From: Halioglobus sp.
GTDB lineage: Bacteria; Pseudomonadota; Gammaproteobacteria; Pseudomonadales; Halieaceae
NCBI GenBank assembly: GCA_039979015.1
Contig: JBDWAD010000017.1
Span: 195,237 to 259,236 of the forward strand
Direction: 5' to 3'
Length of the DNA stretch: 64,000 nucleotides
In this document: positions 22,710 through 36,223 of the stretch, piece after piece
Layout: the number at the start of each line of letters is the position of its first letter
How positions within the stretch are numbered: the first letter of the stretch is position 1
Notes under the pieces: generated by a model
The model's input: the letters and a program-made list of their open reading frames with translations, nothing else
Database searches by the model: none
What the model was told of the DNA's origin: nothing
Translations under genes and position numbers: made by a program

Positions 22710-23621
22710 ATGGAGATATCGAGACGTAATCTACCGCTCAACGCAATGCGTGCTTTCGAGGTGGCCGCCAGGCATTGCCATCTTCGCCGAGCGGCGTCGG
22801 AATTAGGGGTAACGCACGGTGCAGTCTCAAGGCAGGTTCGCCAGTTGGAAGAACAACTGGGCATTGATCTGTTCGACCGCAGCGGTAATCGGCTAACCCT
22901 GACCCAGGAAGGTAAGCGTCTTGCGCAAGCGGTGGGCGATGCATTAGACCAGCTGACAGAGGGGGCACTGTCTGTTGATCCCGCCTCCCTGTCAGGTGAG
23001 CTTGTGGTCGCTGCGCCGCCATCTATATCGGCTTGCTGGCTGTTGGCCATGATTGGCGATTTCAATCGCAGCTATCCTGAAATCGAGATCAGGCTCGACA
23101 ATATCCAGCCTATGCAAAGAGAGTTGCCGGGCGAAATAGAAGTGGCTGTTTGTTTTGGCGAGCCGATTGCCCCTAAAAAAATTGTACGTGAGTTGTTTCG
23201 TGAGAAATACGGCCCGGTGGCGAGTCCTGCGCTATTGCAAGATGGGGCAGGTGTGCCGGGGCCTTCCGGGTTACTCCGCTTGCCTTTGATTCACGACCGC
23301 CACGGGCGCTGGTTACGTTGGTTAGCCAACAATGGGCTGGAGCAGCGGGAGGCTCGCGCGAACCTTTACGTGCAGGACTCCTATCTCGGTATCTGTGCGG
23401 CGCGCGATGGCTGTGGTGTGTTCCTCGCCGATCGCATTGAAGTCTCCTCAGACCTGCGTAACGGCAACTTAGTCGCCCTTGGAGGGCAGACCGTCGACGC
23501 CCAGCACTCCCACTATCTGGTGACAGAGCAACCGGAAGCCATCAGCGCGCGCGCACAACTATTCGCAGAATACCTCGGTCGAGAGCTGGGCGTGGGCGGC
23601 ATCACTGCTCCGGTGCTTTAA
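22710..23621 (+). CDS. LysR-family transcriptional regulator (GcvA-like), divergent from gabD
   Basis: MEISRRNLPLNAMRAFEVAARHCHLRRAASELGVTHGAVSRQVRQLEEQLGIDLFDR is a LysR HTH. AAAGAGG precedes the ATGs at 22707/22710. The ORF-track start at 22638 is an unlikely extension. Confidence 0.88.
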   Translation: MEISRRNLPLNAMRAFEVAARHCHLRRAASELGVTHGAVSRQVRQLEEQLGIDLFDRSGNRLTLTQEGKRLAQAVGDALDQLTEGALSVDPASLSGELVVAAPPSISACWLLAMIGDFNRSYPEIEIRLDNIQPMQRELPGEIEVAVCFGEPIAPKKIVRELFREKYGPVASPALLQDGAGVPGPSGLLRLPLIHDRHGRWLRWLANNGLEQREARANLYVQDSYLGICAARDGCGVFLADRIEVSSDLRNGNLVALGGQTVDAQHSHYLVTEQPEAISARAQLFAEYLGRELGVGGITAPVL

Positions 23622-23647
23622 AATTAAGAATTCTTTTAATGAACGGC

Positions 23648-23678
23648 TTGACCTTCCAGCTACTGGAAGGTTTAGATT
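23648..23678 (+). promoter_or_regulatory. MerR-family (CueR-type) promoter/operator: TTGACC - 19-nt spacer containing CCTTCC-N7-GGAAGG - TAGATT
   Basis: Read directly: TTGACC (23648-53), a 19-nt spacer and TAGATT (23673-78). The perfect dyad CCTTCCAGCTACTGGAAGG (23652-70) spans the spacer. A 19-bp spacer with a dyad is the hallmark of MerR-type activated promoters, and the dyad matches the CueR box as I remember it from E. coli PcopA. Confidence 0.85.
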
Positions 23679-23704
23679 GTCCCCATGGAAGACCGGAGGT
23701 GACA

Positions 23705-24109
23705 ATGAACATTTCGGAGGCAGCGCGCCGCAGCGGCTTGAGTAGTAAAACGATCCGTTATTATGAAGGAATTAGCCTGATTGCACCGGCCAATCGCAGT
23801 GAAAATGGCTATCGCATTTACGAGAGTAGCGCGGTGGAGGAGTTAAAGTTTTTAAGTCGGGCCAGAGATGTAGGTTTTGACCTGGATGAATGCCGACAAC
23901 TATTGGACCTGCATAGAGATAGTGCTCGGAAGAGCCGGCATGCCCGTTCGCTGGTATTGGAAAAGAGTCATCAGCTGCAGCAGCGTATCGACGCGCTGGT
24001 AGCCATGCAGAATGTTTTGCAGGACATGGCCAGCCGCTGTCACGGCGACGAAGGGCCCGAATGCGCCATTCTTGACGATTTGGCTAGCGGTGAGGAACAC
24101 TCAAGATGA
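23705..24109 (+). CDS. cueR: Cu(I)-responsive MerR-family regulator CueR
   Basis: 134 aa starting MNISEAARRSGLSSKTIRYYE, with GGAGG 7 nt upstream. Counting from this Met gives Ser77, Cys112 and Cys120 (CHGDEGPEC), the same positions as the monovalent-metal selectivity and ligand residues of E. coli CueR. Confidence 0.88.
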   Translation: MNISEAARRSGLSSKTIRYYEGISLIAPANRSENGYRIYESSAVEELKFLSRARDVGFDLDECRQLLDLHRDSARKSRHARSLVLEKSHQLQQRIDALVAMQNVLQDMASRCHGDEGPECAILDDLASGEEHSR

Positions 24110-25248
24110 GCAAGGTTAGTGAGGGCGACGGCAATCACTGCTGCGACACCGAGCCTGATACTTCAGCTGATAAGCAGTGCGCTAAAGCAGCAAACCCCAG
24201 CTGTCACACCGAGGAGCAGGCCGGGGACGGTTGTTGCGAAACGCCCGCAAAGCGGGATTACTTTTTCTGGACCTGTATTTTGGTTGTGGCCATTGCTTAC
24301 CCGGTAGGCGCATTTGGTCCACACGATCACGACAGTGCTTTAGGGGTATTCACCGGCGGTGTATTTGAGTTGTTTAACGCCATGTGGTGGGGCATCGCAC
24401 TGGGAATTATCTTTGTCGGTCTGCTTAGTCGGGTGCCTCGGGAATTGGTCATGGGCATTTTGGGTCGAGACGGAGGCATTCACGGTCTGTTTCGAGCGAC
24501 CTTGGCAGGGGTGTTTCTCGATTTGTGCAGTCACGGAATTTTGGCGGTCGGCATGAAACTCTACGAGAGGGGCGCTACCGTAGGTCAGGTTATGGCGTTC
24601 CTCCTCGCAAGCCCATGGAACTCATTCTCGCTCACGCTGATTCTGTTTGGATTGATTGGTGTGGGCTGGACGCTGTTGTTCATTCTGCTGTCTTTGGTGA
24701 TTGGTTTGACTTCGGGACTCATTTTCGATGCTTTGGTGACTCGTGGCACCTTGCCCGATAATCCCTGGCGTGAAGCCCTGGGGGAGGAGCGCCCCCTGGG
24801 AGAAATGTGGCGAGAGGTGCGCCAGTCCATGCGATTTTCTCTTACCGGTGCAGCGGATATCCTCAAAGAGGGGTTCGCAGGATCGCGAGTGGTAATTCGC
24901 TGGTCTCTCTTTGGCCTGATACTGGCCGGTGCTATTCGAGCGCTTGTACCGGAGGATGCTTTCGCTGTCTGGTTTGGCGCTACCTTCGCCGGGCTATGGT
25001 TGACCCTGTTGGCAACCACGGTGATCGAAGTCTGTTCTGAGGGCTCTACCCCCATCGCGGCCGACCTGATGAATCGAGCCGATGCGCCGGGCAACGCGTT
25101 TACATTTTTGATGGCTGGCGTAGCTACCGATTACACCGAAGTGATGTCTATCAGGGATACCACGCGATCGTGGAAAATTGCACTGTTTTTACCCCTCATT
25201 ACAGTGCCACAGGTAATCGTCATCGGCTTTATTCTTAACCAGTTCTAA
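24106..25248 (+). CDS. COG0701-type permease with Cys/His-rich cytoplasmic N-terminus (putative Cu/heavy-metal efflux permease; resembles what NCBI calls the SO_0444 family)
   Basis: 380 aa. The ATG overlaps the cueR TGA (ATGA). The first 44 residues contain 6 Cys (two CC pairs) and 2 His. The remainder is a polytopic membrane protein. Confidence 0.75.
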   Translation: MSKVSEGDGNHCCDTEPDTSADKQCAKAANPSCHTEEQAGDGCCETPAKRDYFFWTCILVVAIAYPVGAFGPHDHDSALGVFTGGVFELFNAMWWGIALGIIFVGLLSRVPRELVMGILGRDGGIHGLFRATLAGVFLDLCSHGILAVGMKLYERGATVGQVMAFLLASPWNSFSLTLILFGLIGVGWTLLFILLSLVIGLTSGLIFDALVTRGTLPDNPWREALGEERPLGEMWREVRQSMRFSLTGAADILKEGFAGSRVVIRWSLFGLILAGAIRALVPEDAFAVWFGATFAGLWLTLLATTVIEVCSEGSTPIAADLMNRADAPGNAFTFLMAGVATDYTEVMSIRDTTRSWKIALFLPLITVPQVIVIGFILNQF

Positions 25249-25255
25249 AGTTGCA

Positions 25256-25918
25256 TCAAAAGTCTGGTGCGCATTCTCCGGTCAGCCATTCTCCGGTTGT
25301 GGGGTGCTCAAAACCAATGAAGCTTGCGTGCAGCAGCATCCTGTCCGCCATTTTCAATGCCTCTTCATGAGCATACATATCGCAGCCCAGGATAGGGTGA
25401 CCCAGCTCGCGCATATGAATACGCAGCTGGTGTGAACGCCCGGTGACCGGTTTGAGCAACATTCTTGTTCGGTCTTTCATCCGTTTCAGTACTTCATAAC
25501 GTGTGAGCGCATGCTTCCCCTGTTCATGATCAATCATCTGCAATGGCCGATTTTCCCAATCACAGCGAATGGGCAGTTCTATTTCTCCGGTATCCTGATC
25601 GACTACACCAAAAACAACGGCGTGATAGCTCTTTTCAACACGGCGTTCCTGAAACTGTCGGCTGATATGGGCGTGAGTGGGTTTGTTCAGCGGAATGATC
25701 ATGATCCCGGAAGTATCAAGATCGAGTCGGTGAACGATGCTCGCGGTGGGGTAGTCCTGCTGCAGTCGCGTGATCAGGCAGTCCTTGTTAAGGGGATGCC
25801 TGCCGGGAATGCTGAGTAGCAGGTCAGGCTTACGTACCAATAGCAGGTCAGCATCCTTGTACAGAATACGAATTTCTTCCTGACTATGAGGCACAATGTA
25901 GGGAGGGAGATCAGACAT
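25256..25918 (-). CDS. rluA: RluA-family pseudouridine synthase (23S rRNA/tRNA dual-specificity RluA-like)
   Basis: [31 protein letters not shown]..., the catalytic motif [13 protein letters not shown] and [10 protein letters not shown] are present. It is collinear with E. coli RluA as I recall it. The ORF-track start at 25978 adds 20 unlikely residues. Confidence 0.88.
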   Translation of the reverse strand: MSDLPPYIVPHSQEEIRILYKDADLLLVRKPDLLLSIPGRHPLNKDCLITRLQQDYPTASIVHRLDLDTSGIMIIPLNKPTHAHISRQFQERRVEKSYHAVVFGVVDQDTGEIELPIRCDWENRPLQMIDHEQGKHALTRYEVLKRMKDRTRMLLKPVTGRSHQLRIHMRELGHPILGCDMYAHEEALKMADRMLLHASFIGFEHPTTGEWLTGECAPDF

Positions 25919-25970
25919 GGCGCGTAGTTTAATGGCCGTAGTTTTTATGACAACCGTTATAATGTGTCCT

Positions 25971-26630
25971 ATGTCCATCGCCCAAGCAAAGTTGAACTCT
26001 CGTCTACAGGAAATTCTTCCCAGTGCACGCCTGGAAGCAATGCCATTGCCGGATGCTCCCGAGCTAGAGCTCCTGTTGCTGTCCAGGGACTACCCTCAAG
26101 GTGATTTGAGCGAGCAAGAGATGCACAGGGTTATGGATAACCCGCTGTATTGGGTGTTCTGCTGGGCGTCCGGGCAGGTCCTGGCCCGTTATCTGCTGGA
26201 CCATCCTGAGCAGGTGAAAGGAAAGCGCGTCCTGGATTTTGGCTGTGGTTCTGGTGTCGTGGCGATTGCGGCGGCGGCTGCCGGGGCAGAAGAGGTTATC
26301 GCCTGCGATATTGATCCGTTGGCGCTGGAAGCGACCAAAATTAATGCCCAGCTTAATGGAGTTGATGTTGTGCTGAGTGATGACTACTTCAAAATCGAGA
26401 AAGAAATTAACCTGATTATTGTCGCCGATGTGCTCTATGACAGGGAAAACTTACCCTGGCTGCAGCGTTTTGTGGAGCGAGCTCCGCAGGTATTGATAGC
26501 TGACTCCAGGATCAAGAACTTCGACCATCCACCCTACGTCCAGATTGGCAAAATGGACAGCTGCACGCTACCTGACCTGGACGAGTCGGCCGAATTTCGA
26601 GACGTGCGAATATACAAGGCGGGCTTTTAG
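25971..26630 (+). CDS. Class I SAM-dependent methyltransferase, PrmA/METTL20 (ETF-beta lysine methyltransferase)-like
   Basis: [59 protein letters not shown] is a Rossmann SAM motif with the upstream W..W..G motif of the METTL20-like family. The start is uncertain: an ATG at 25917 has a strong GGAGGGAG SD but adds a hydrophobic 18-aa extension. Confidence 0.75.
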   Translation: MSIAQAKLNSRLQEILPSARLEAMPLPDAPELELLLLSRDYPQGDLSEQEMHRVMDNPLYWVFCWASGQVLARYLLDHPEQVKGKRVLDFGCGSGVVAIAAAAAGAEEVIACDIDPLALEATKINAQLNGVDVVLSDDYFKIEKEINLIIVADVLYDRENLPWLQRFVERAPQVLIADSRIKNFDHPPYVQIGKMDSCTLPDLDESAEFRDVRIYKAGF

Positions 26631-26717
26631 GCACCCAATACAGTGCAAGGGGTATTGGTGGGATAGCGCAATTTTTTGTACACTGTCGGTTGCCCAAACA
26701 TCAGGAAGTGTTGACGC

Positions 26718-27665
26718 ATGAACCCCAATTATCTGGATTTTGAACAGCCGATCGCAGAACTCGAAGTGAAGATCGAGGAACTGCAATTAGTTGGCTCTGA
26801 CAACGAACTCAATATCGGTGAAGAAATTGAGACCTTGCGTGAAAAGAGCACCAAGCTGACCGAAAAAATATTCTCTAATTTGAGTGCCTGGGACATCGTC
26901 AAGGTGGCGCGTCACCCACAACGTCCCTATACCCTGGATTACATTCCCCAGATTTTTACTGAATTCGACGAGCTGCACGGCGATAGGCATTTCGCTGATG
27001 ACAATGCCATTGTGGGTGGTATTGCTCGCCTGGAAGGTCGTCCAGTAATGGTTATTGGGCAAGAGAAAGGTCGCGCAGTTAAAGATAAAGTGATGCGCAA
27101 TTTTGGCATGCCCAAGCCCGAGGGGTATCGTAAGGCACTGCGCCTGATGGAAATGGCTGAGCGCTTCAAAATGCCGGTAATCACGCTCATCGATACCCCT
27201 GGGGCCTACCCTGGTATCGATTCAGAAGAGCGGGGTATCAGTGAGTCCATAGCCCAGAACCTGGCGGTCATGTCTCGCCTGGCCACGCCCATCATCTGTG
27301 TAGTAATCGGTGAGGGCAGCTCAGGCGGCGCCCTGGGAATAGGCGTGGGTGATCATTTGGCCATGCTCCAATACTCAACTTACTTTGTTATTTCTCCTGA
27401 AGGTTGCGCCAATATCATTTGGAAAGATTCTGCCAATGCCCCTGACGCTGCCGAGGCAATGGGTGTGACATCATCGATTCTGGAGGACCTGGAAATTGTG
27501 GATGCGACGATTCCAGAGCCTTTGGGTGGGGCCCACAGGAACGTTGCTTTGATGGCAGAGCGAATTAAGACCCACCTGGTAGAGCAGCTGGATGTCTTGC
27601 AAGCGCTGCCTCTTGAAGACCTGCTGGCCAAACGTTATCAGCGGCTGATGTCCTACGGTAATTAA
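26718..27665 (+). CDS. accA: Acetyl-CoA carboxylase carboxyltransferase subunit alpha
   Basis: 315 aa, [22 protein letters not shown]...[11 protein letters not shown]...TPGAYPG... Confidence 0.96.
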   Translation: MNPNYLDFEQPIAELEVKIEELQLVGSDNELNIGEEIETLREKSTKLTEKIFSNLSAWDIVKVARHPQRPYTLDYIPQIFTEFDELHGDRHFADDNAIVGGIARLEGRPVMVIGQEKGRAVKDKVMRNFGMPKPEGYRKALRLMEMAERFKMPVITLIDTPGAYPGIDSEERGISESIAQNLAVMSRLATPIICVVIGEGSSGGALGIGVGDHLAMLQYSTYFVISPEGCANIIWKDSANAPDAAEAMGVTSSILEDLEIVDATIPEPLGGAHRNVALMAERIKTHLVEQLDVLQALPLEDLLAKRYQRLMSYGN

Positions 27666-27685
27666 AATGTTGGCCTGGTGGTGTT

Positions 27686-29041
27686 ATGTCCAAGGCCATT
27701 AGCCACAGTGAACTGAATGCGGTGCTTACCGCATTTGCCAGTGCCCCCCACTGGTATGTCGCCTTCAGCGGCGGGGTTGATTCTACGGCCCTGCTGCAAC
27801 TGATTAATAACTGGTGCAAGGCGAACAGCAAGGCGCCACCCCTGACGGCGTTGCACGTTAATCACGGGCTTCAGACGCAGGCTGCGGACTGGGAAAATCA
27901 TTGCGCGTGGATTTGTCGATTCCTGGGCGTCCCGTTTGTTGCGCTAAACGCCGAAGTGGAAGTGGAAGGTAAGGGATTGGAGTTTGCAGCCAGGGGGGCC
28001 CGCTATGCTGTGTTCGAAGAGCAGGTCCAGGAGGGTGAGGTGCTGTTTCTTGGTCACCATCAGGACGATCAGGTAGAGACTTTTTTTCTACGGTTACTGC
28101 GTGGCGCGGGCATTGAGGGGCTTGCCGCCATGCCACAGCAGCGTGAGTTGGGAAAAGGCGTTTTATTCAGGCCTCTATTAACTTATACCCGACCCCAGCT
28201 GGAAGCCTATGTTGAATCTCAGGGTTTGCGCTGTGTAGAGGACCCCTCGAACGAAGATCTTGACCTTGATCGCAATTATCTACGCCAGCAAGTCCTGCCT
28301 TTGTTGGCGCAGCGATGGCCCGGGTATCGCCAGACGATTACTCGTGCAAGTGGTCACCTGGCTGCGGCCTCCGGCCGCAGGGAAGAAGCGGTAGACATAC
28401 CAGAAACCTGCTACAGCGCGCTTGGTGATCCAGGTCTGTCGCAAGCTTTTTTGAATGGCGATGATGATTCAGAGGCTGCGCTAATACTGCGAGCTTGGTT
28501 GAAGGCCGGTGGTTATCAGGCACCAGACCAGTCGCTCCTGGATGAGTTCTTGAGACAGCTACGCGGTTCCACGCGAGATGCCAGGCCGCTGTTGAATTCG
28601 GGCAGTTATCGGCTGCAGCGCTACAAGCAGGCAATCTACCTGCTGCCGGAAGGTTCTGAGCTTGTTGATCAGGCGCTGGTCATTGCCCCGGGAGAATCCC
28701 TTGATGTGCCAGGTGTCGGGCGTATTAGCCTGCGCCGAAGTGAAGGCGAGGGTATCTGGTTGGCGGCGGATGAAACGCTGGTGCTGCAATGGCGGGATGG
28801 CGGTGAGCGCTGCCGGCTGGCAGGGCATAAAAGGAGCAAAAGCCTTAAGAAAATCTTGCAGGAAGCGGGTATACCCCCCTGGTGGCGGTCGCGAGTACCC
28901 CTGCTTTACCTGGAGAATGAATTGCTGAGTATGGGTAGCTTAGGGCCTTGCCATAGCAGTCGCTGGGGCGTCAGCGGCCAGGATGCCGAGGCTCCGTGGG
29001 ATTTCGTCTGGGAGCCCATTATTGCCAGTGGATACGATTGA
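27686..29041 (+). CDS. tilS: tRNA(Ile)-lysidine synthase
   Basis: 451 aa with the PP-loop VAFSGGVDSTALL, HVNHGLQ and the HHQDDQVETFFLRLLRG motif. It lies downstream of accA. Confidence 0.92.
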   Translation: MSKAISHSELNAVLTAFASAPHWYVAFSGGVDSTALLQLINNWCKANSKAPPLTALHVNHGLQTQAADWENHCAWICRFLGVPFVALNAEVEVEGKGLEFAARGARYAVFEEQVQEGEVLFLGHHQDDQVETFFLRLLRGAGIEGLAAMPQQRELGKGVLFRPLLTYTRPQLEAYVESQGLRCVEDPSNEDLDLDRNYLRQQVLPLLAQRWPGYRQTITRASGHLAAASGRREEAVDIPETCYSALGDPGLSQAFLNGDDDSEAALILRAWLKAGGYQAPDQSLLDEFLRQLRGSTRDARPLLNSGSYRLQRYKQAIYLLPEGSELVDQALVIAPGESLDVPGVGRISLRRSEGEGIWLAADETLVLQWRDGGERCRLAGHKRSKSLKKILQEAGIPPWWRSRVPLLYLENELLSMGSLGPCHSSRWGVSGQDAEAPWDFVWEPIIASGYD

Positions 29042-29151
29042 GCTCCCCCAGCCTTTCTGTTATTCTGATTCCCCATCATTTGACAAGACTTCTACCGCCC
29101 CGAATTGAGCGCAGTGGAGGTGTTGTGTATCCCGAAATACAGCGTAATTAA

Positions 29152-30798
<1,647 letters not shown>

Positions 30799-30819
30799 GC
30801 CTTCGTTTATACACTATGA

Positions 30820-32985
<2,166 letters not shown>

Positions 32986-32997
32986 GCAGCAATCGTT

Positions 32998-33312
32998 TTG
33001 CGCTGGATGTTCGGTATTCTGCTGATCCTTTTGGTGATACTCCAGTATCGCTTATGGATTGCTGAAGGCAGTATCGCTGAGCAACAGCGTCTGAAAGTGC
33101 AGGTTGAAGAATTTATTCGGGTCAACGAGGAGTTGCAGGCCCGCAATGCAGTGCTGGAGCGTGAAGTTCTGGAGTTGCAAAGCGGAAATGCGGGTGTCGA
33201 GCAGCGCGCGCGTGAGCAACTCAATCTTGTGCGCGAAGGTGAGACCTACTACCAGGTAGAAAAAGGTGACGCCAGTAACCAGCCCAAACCTTCAGTCGAG
33301 GGCCAGCAGTGA
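32998..33312 (+). CDS. ftsB: Cell division protein FtsB
   Basis: Single N-terminal TM segment (FGILLILLVILQYRLW), a coiled coil, and ...EQRAREQLNLVREGETYYQV as in FtsB. It sits between eno and ispD as usual. The start is TTG 32998 or ATG 33007. Confidence 0.88.
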   Translation: MRWMFGILLILLVILQYRLWIAEGSIAEQQRLKVQVEEFIRVNEELQARNAVLEREVLELQSGNAGVEQRAREQLNLVREGETYYQVEKGDASNQPKPSVEGQQ

Positions 33313-34004
33313 GTTCGCAACTGCATGCCATTATACCTGCGGCAGGTATCGGGTCGCGTATGTCTGCAGCGATCCCCAAGCAATACCTTCGGATCGCCGG
33401 GAAAACCCTGCTGGAGCATAGTGTCGACACCCTGCTGCGGACCCCGGGTGTTTGTTCCGTTACCGTTGCTCTGCACCCCGATGACACGTTCGCCAATGAC
33501 TTGAGCATTTTTGCCGATCCGAGAGTCTCGCGAGTCACAGGCGGCGATGCGAGGGCCGATTCTGTCCTTGCGGCGCTGCGCGCCGTACCGGGGCGGCCGG
33601 GCGATTGGGTGTTGGTGCACGATGCGGCTCGTCCGGGCCTGCAGGTCGCTGATGTAATGCGTCTGGTAGAAGCAGTCACAGCAAAAGGTGAGGGAGGCAT
33701 TCTCGCTGAACCGCTGGTTGATACGGTTAAGCGCGCTGACGCCCAAGGGCGAGTAGAAAGTACGCTGGATCGCACTTCGCTATGGCGTGCGCAGACCCCA
33801 CAGATGTTTCGGCTTGATGAGCTCATTTCAGCGCTGTTGGCCGCAGCCGAGGATGGGCATGCGGTGACAGATGAGGCCTCTGCAATGGAGTTGGCCGGGC
33901 AACCAGTGCTGTTGATTCCTGGCTCGCCTGCAAATTTGAAGGTAACGGTGGCTGAAGATCTGGAACTGGCGGCCTGGTATCTATCTAGACAGGGGGAGCC
34001 ATAG
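33309..34004 (+). CDS. ispD: 2-C-methyl-D-erythritol 4-phosphate cytidylyltransferase
   Basis: 231 aa. The GTG start overlaps the ftsB stop. ...[11 protein letters not shown]...VLVHDAARP... is present. Confidence 0.95.
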   Translation: MSSQLHAIIPAAGIGSRMSAAIPKQYLRIAGKTLLEHSVDTLLRTPGVCSVTVALHPDDTFANDLSIFADPRVSRVTGGDARADSVLAALRAVPGRPGDWVLVHDAARPGLQVADVMRLVEAVTAKGEGGILAEPLVDTVKRADAQGRVESTLDRTSLWRAQTPQMFRLDELISALLAAAEDGHAVTDEASAMELAGQPVLLIPGSPANLKVTVAEDLELAAWYLSRQGEP

Positions 34005-34489
34005 TGGGTATTCGAGTAGGACATGGTTACGATGTCCATCGCTTTGAAGAAGGCGATGGGCTTGTATTGGGCGGAGTCCATATAGCACATCATCTTGGTC
34101 TGGCCGCCCATTCCGATGGCGATGTATTGATTCATGCGATATGTGATGCTCTGCTAGGCGCGATCGCAGCCGGCGATATAGGTCGGCACTTTCCCGATAC
34201 CGACGTGGCAAATGCGAACATCGACAGCAGGATACTGCTGCGTCGCGTTGTGCAACTAGTCAACGAGGCGGGTTATGTGCTGGGCAACCTGGACGCGACG
34301 CTCATTGCACAGGCGCCCAAAATGGCACCTCATATTGAAGAGATGCAGAAAAACCTGGCAGCGGATTTGTCGGCACATATTGGCCAGGTCAATGTGAAGG
34401 CCACGACCACTGAAAAGTTGGGTTTTGCAGGCAGAGAAGAAGGTATTGCCGCCCACGCGGTCGTATTACTGGAAGCTGGCGCTGCGTGA
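34004..34489 (+). CDS. ispF: 2-C-methyl-D-erythritol 2,4-cyclodiphosphate synthase
   Basis: 161 aa, [12 protein letters not shown]...[18 protein letters not shown]...[10 protein letters not shown]... Confidence 0.96.
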   Translation: MGIRVGHGYDVHRFEEGDGLVLGGVHIAHHLGLAAHSDGDVLIHAICDALLGAIAAGDIGRHFPDTDVANANIDSRILLRRVVQLVNEAGYVLGNLDATLIAQAPKMAPHIEEMQKNLAADLSAHIGQVNVKATTTEKLGFAGREEGIAAHAVVLLEAGAA

Positions 34490-35523
34490 GCCGCCAGTGG
34501 CCAACTGCAGCAGGTGATCCGGTTGCCAGTGGTAAGCTGCGCAGCTCGCCTGAAGATTTTCGCGTCTATGAAGATTTGGGCTTCGAACCGGACGGCGACG
34601 GGGAGCACGCCTTCCTGTATTTGGAAAAACGCGAGCTCAATACCAATGATCTGGCACAGCGGCTCTCCAGCCTCAGCGGGATCCATTTAAGGGATATCAG
34701 CTTCAGCGGTATGAAAGACCGCAACGCGGTGACGCGGCAGTGGTTCAGCGTGAGAATGGCCGGCAAGACTGAACCGAACTGGCAGCAGTTGGCTGAGCAG
34801 GGTGATGTCGCTGTGCTGGATGTGGCCAGGCACCGGCGTAAATTGAAACGGGGCGTGCATCGGAGTAATTTATTTTCACTGGTACTGAGAGGCCTCGAAG
34901 GTGATCGGGTTTCTATCGAAACCCGATTGCAGTACCTGCGCACCCACGGTGCGCCAAACTATTTTGGTGAGCAGCGCTTTGGGCGCAGCGGTTCAACCCT
35001 GGTGCAAGCCGAGAGCTGGATGGCTTCCGGGGGCCGGAAAATTTCAAGGAATAAACGCGCAATGTACCTATCGGTCTTGCGCTCACAGTTGTTTAACAGC
35101 CTATTGGCAGACCGGGTAAATGCGGGTGATTGGAATCGGGTGTTACCTGGCGATACCTGCATCTTACGGGGTACCCGCAGTCAGTTTACCTGTGAGCAAC
35201 CAGATGCTGATATTACCCGGCGCTGCTCTACTGGCGACTTGCATCCCGCGCTGCCGCTATGGGGCTCGGGCCTGGACCAGCTGGATGAGCACCTGATTGA
35301 GCGTTGGTCGGCTGTCCTTCAGGAACAAGTCGGCATTGGCGATTTTTTAATCAGTCAGGGTTTAGAGCTGGGGCAGCGATCAACTCGGCTCATCGCGGAT
35401 GACTTTTGCTGGCAGTTTTGTGATGATGACAGCCTGCAACTGGAGTTTCGCCTGGGTGCTGGCAATTATGCTACGGCGCTATTGGCGGAGTTTGTTCAGT
35501 ATGCGCAGCCCACGGCTAATTAA
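34486..35523 (+). CDS. truD: tRNA pseudouridine(13) synthase TruD
   Basis: 345 aa. The GTG start overlaps the ispF stop. ...[32 protein letters not shown]...[15 protein letters not shown]... is present. Confidence 0.93.
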   Translation: MSRQWPTAAGDPVASGKLRSSPEDFRVYEDLGFEPDGDGEHAFLYLEKRELNTNDLAQRLSSLSGIHLRDISFSGMKDRNAVTRQWFSVRMAGKTEPNWQQLAEQGDVAVLDVARHRRKLKRGVHRSNLFSLVLRGLEGDRVSIETRLQYLRTHGAPNYFGEQRFGRSGSTLVQAESWMASGGRKISRNKRAMYLSVLRSQLFNSLLADRVNAGDWNRVLPGDTCILRGTRSQFTCEQPDADITRRCSTGDLHPALPLWGSGLDQLDEHLIERWSAVLQEQVGIGDFLISQGLELGQRSTRLIADDFCWQFCDDDSLQLEFRLGAGNYATALLAEFVQYAQPTAN

Positions 35524-35567
35524 AATAAATTAGGGACGTTTTTGGAGTGGTAACAGGAGTGAACAGG

Positions 35568-36221
35568 GTGGACCTCAATGGTATCGGGATGACATCACAG
35601 CGCACCCGCGAACGCCTGATCCAGCGTCTGGTCGACCAGGGCATTGAAAGCCATCAGGTGCTGGATGTCATTCGCACCACGCCCAGGCACCTGTTCCTTG
35701 ATGAAGCCATGGCTCACCGTGCCTATGAGGACGTCGCGCTGCCAATCGGGTTTCAGCAGACCTTGTCCCAGCCCTACATCGTCGCTCGCATGACCGAGTT
35801 GCTGCTTGAGGGCGGCGCACCGGAGCGGGTTCTTGAAATCGGTACTGGGTCAGGTTACCAGACTGCCATTCTCGCCCAGTTGGTAGGGGAGGTTTACAGT
35901 GTCGAGCGCATTAAGCCGCTGCAGCAGAAAGCGCGCCAGCGTATGCGCCAGTTGAAGTTGCGAAATGTTCATATGAATCATGCCGATGGCGGAATGGGCT
36001 GGGCGGACAGGGGGCCTTTTGATGGCATTCTTGCCGCTGCAGCCCCGGAACATATTCCCCAGGAGCTTTTGCAGCAGTTGGCACCGGGCGGTCGCTTGGT
36101 GATTCCTGTGGGCGGAGAGACCCAGCACCTGCATGTTGTGGACCGCACCCACGAAGGATTTGAAACTACTGTGGTTGAAGCGGTGTATTTTGTACCTCTG
36201 CGTCCCGGGACGGTGCGCTAG
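35568..36221 (+). CDS. pcm: Protein-L-isoaspartate O-methyltransferase
   Basis: ...[17 protein letters not shown]...[18 protein letters not shown]... The start is ambiguous. GTG 35568 has AGGAG 8 nt upstream. The alternatives are GTG 35547 (ORF track) and ATG 35589 ([10 protein letters not shown], as in Pseudomonas Pcm from memory). Confidence 0.92.
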   Translation: MDLNGIGMTSQRTRERLIQRLVDQGIESHQVLDVIRTTPRHLFLDEAMAHRAYEDVALPIGFQQTLSQPYIVARMTELLLEGGAPERVLEIGTGSGYQTAILAQLVGEVYSVERIKPLQQKARQRMRQLKLRNVHMNHADGGMGWADRGPFDGILAAAAPEHIPQELLQQLAPGGRLVIPVGGETQHLHVVDRTHEGFETTVVEAVYFVPLRPGTVR

Positions 36222-36223
36222 AG

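Noticed and set aside
24744-24754. Another TGGCAC...TTGC string (other TGGCAC hexamers also occur inside trmD, thrC, recJ and the POT gene).
   Set aside because: All are inside coding regions and have the wrong spacing to a TTGC (for example N1 here), so they are not -24/-12 promoters.
33221-34135. 304-aa ORF on the minus strand opposite ispD/ispF. Similar long antisense ORFs occur at 8678-9394 opposite ffh, 14165-14941 opposite the aminotransferase, and 31645-32268 opposite eno.
   Set aside because: These are shadow ORFs in GC-rich coding DNA. The sense-strand genes are unambiguous conserved proteins, while the antisense translations are Arg/Ser/Pro-rich with no motifs.
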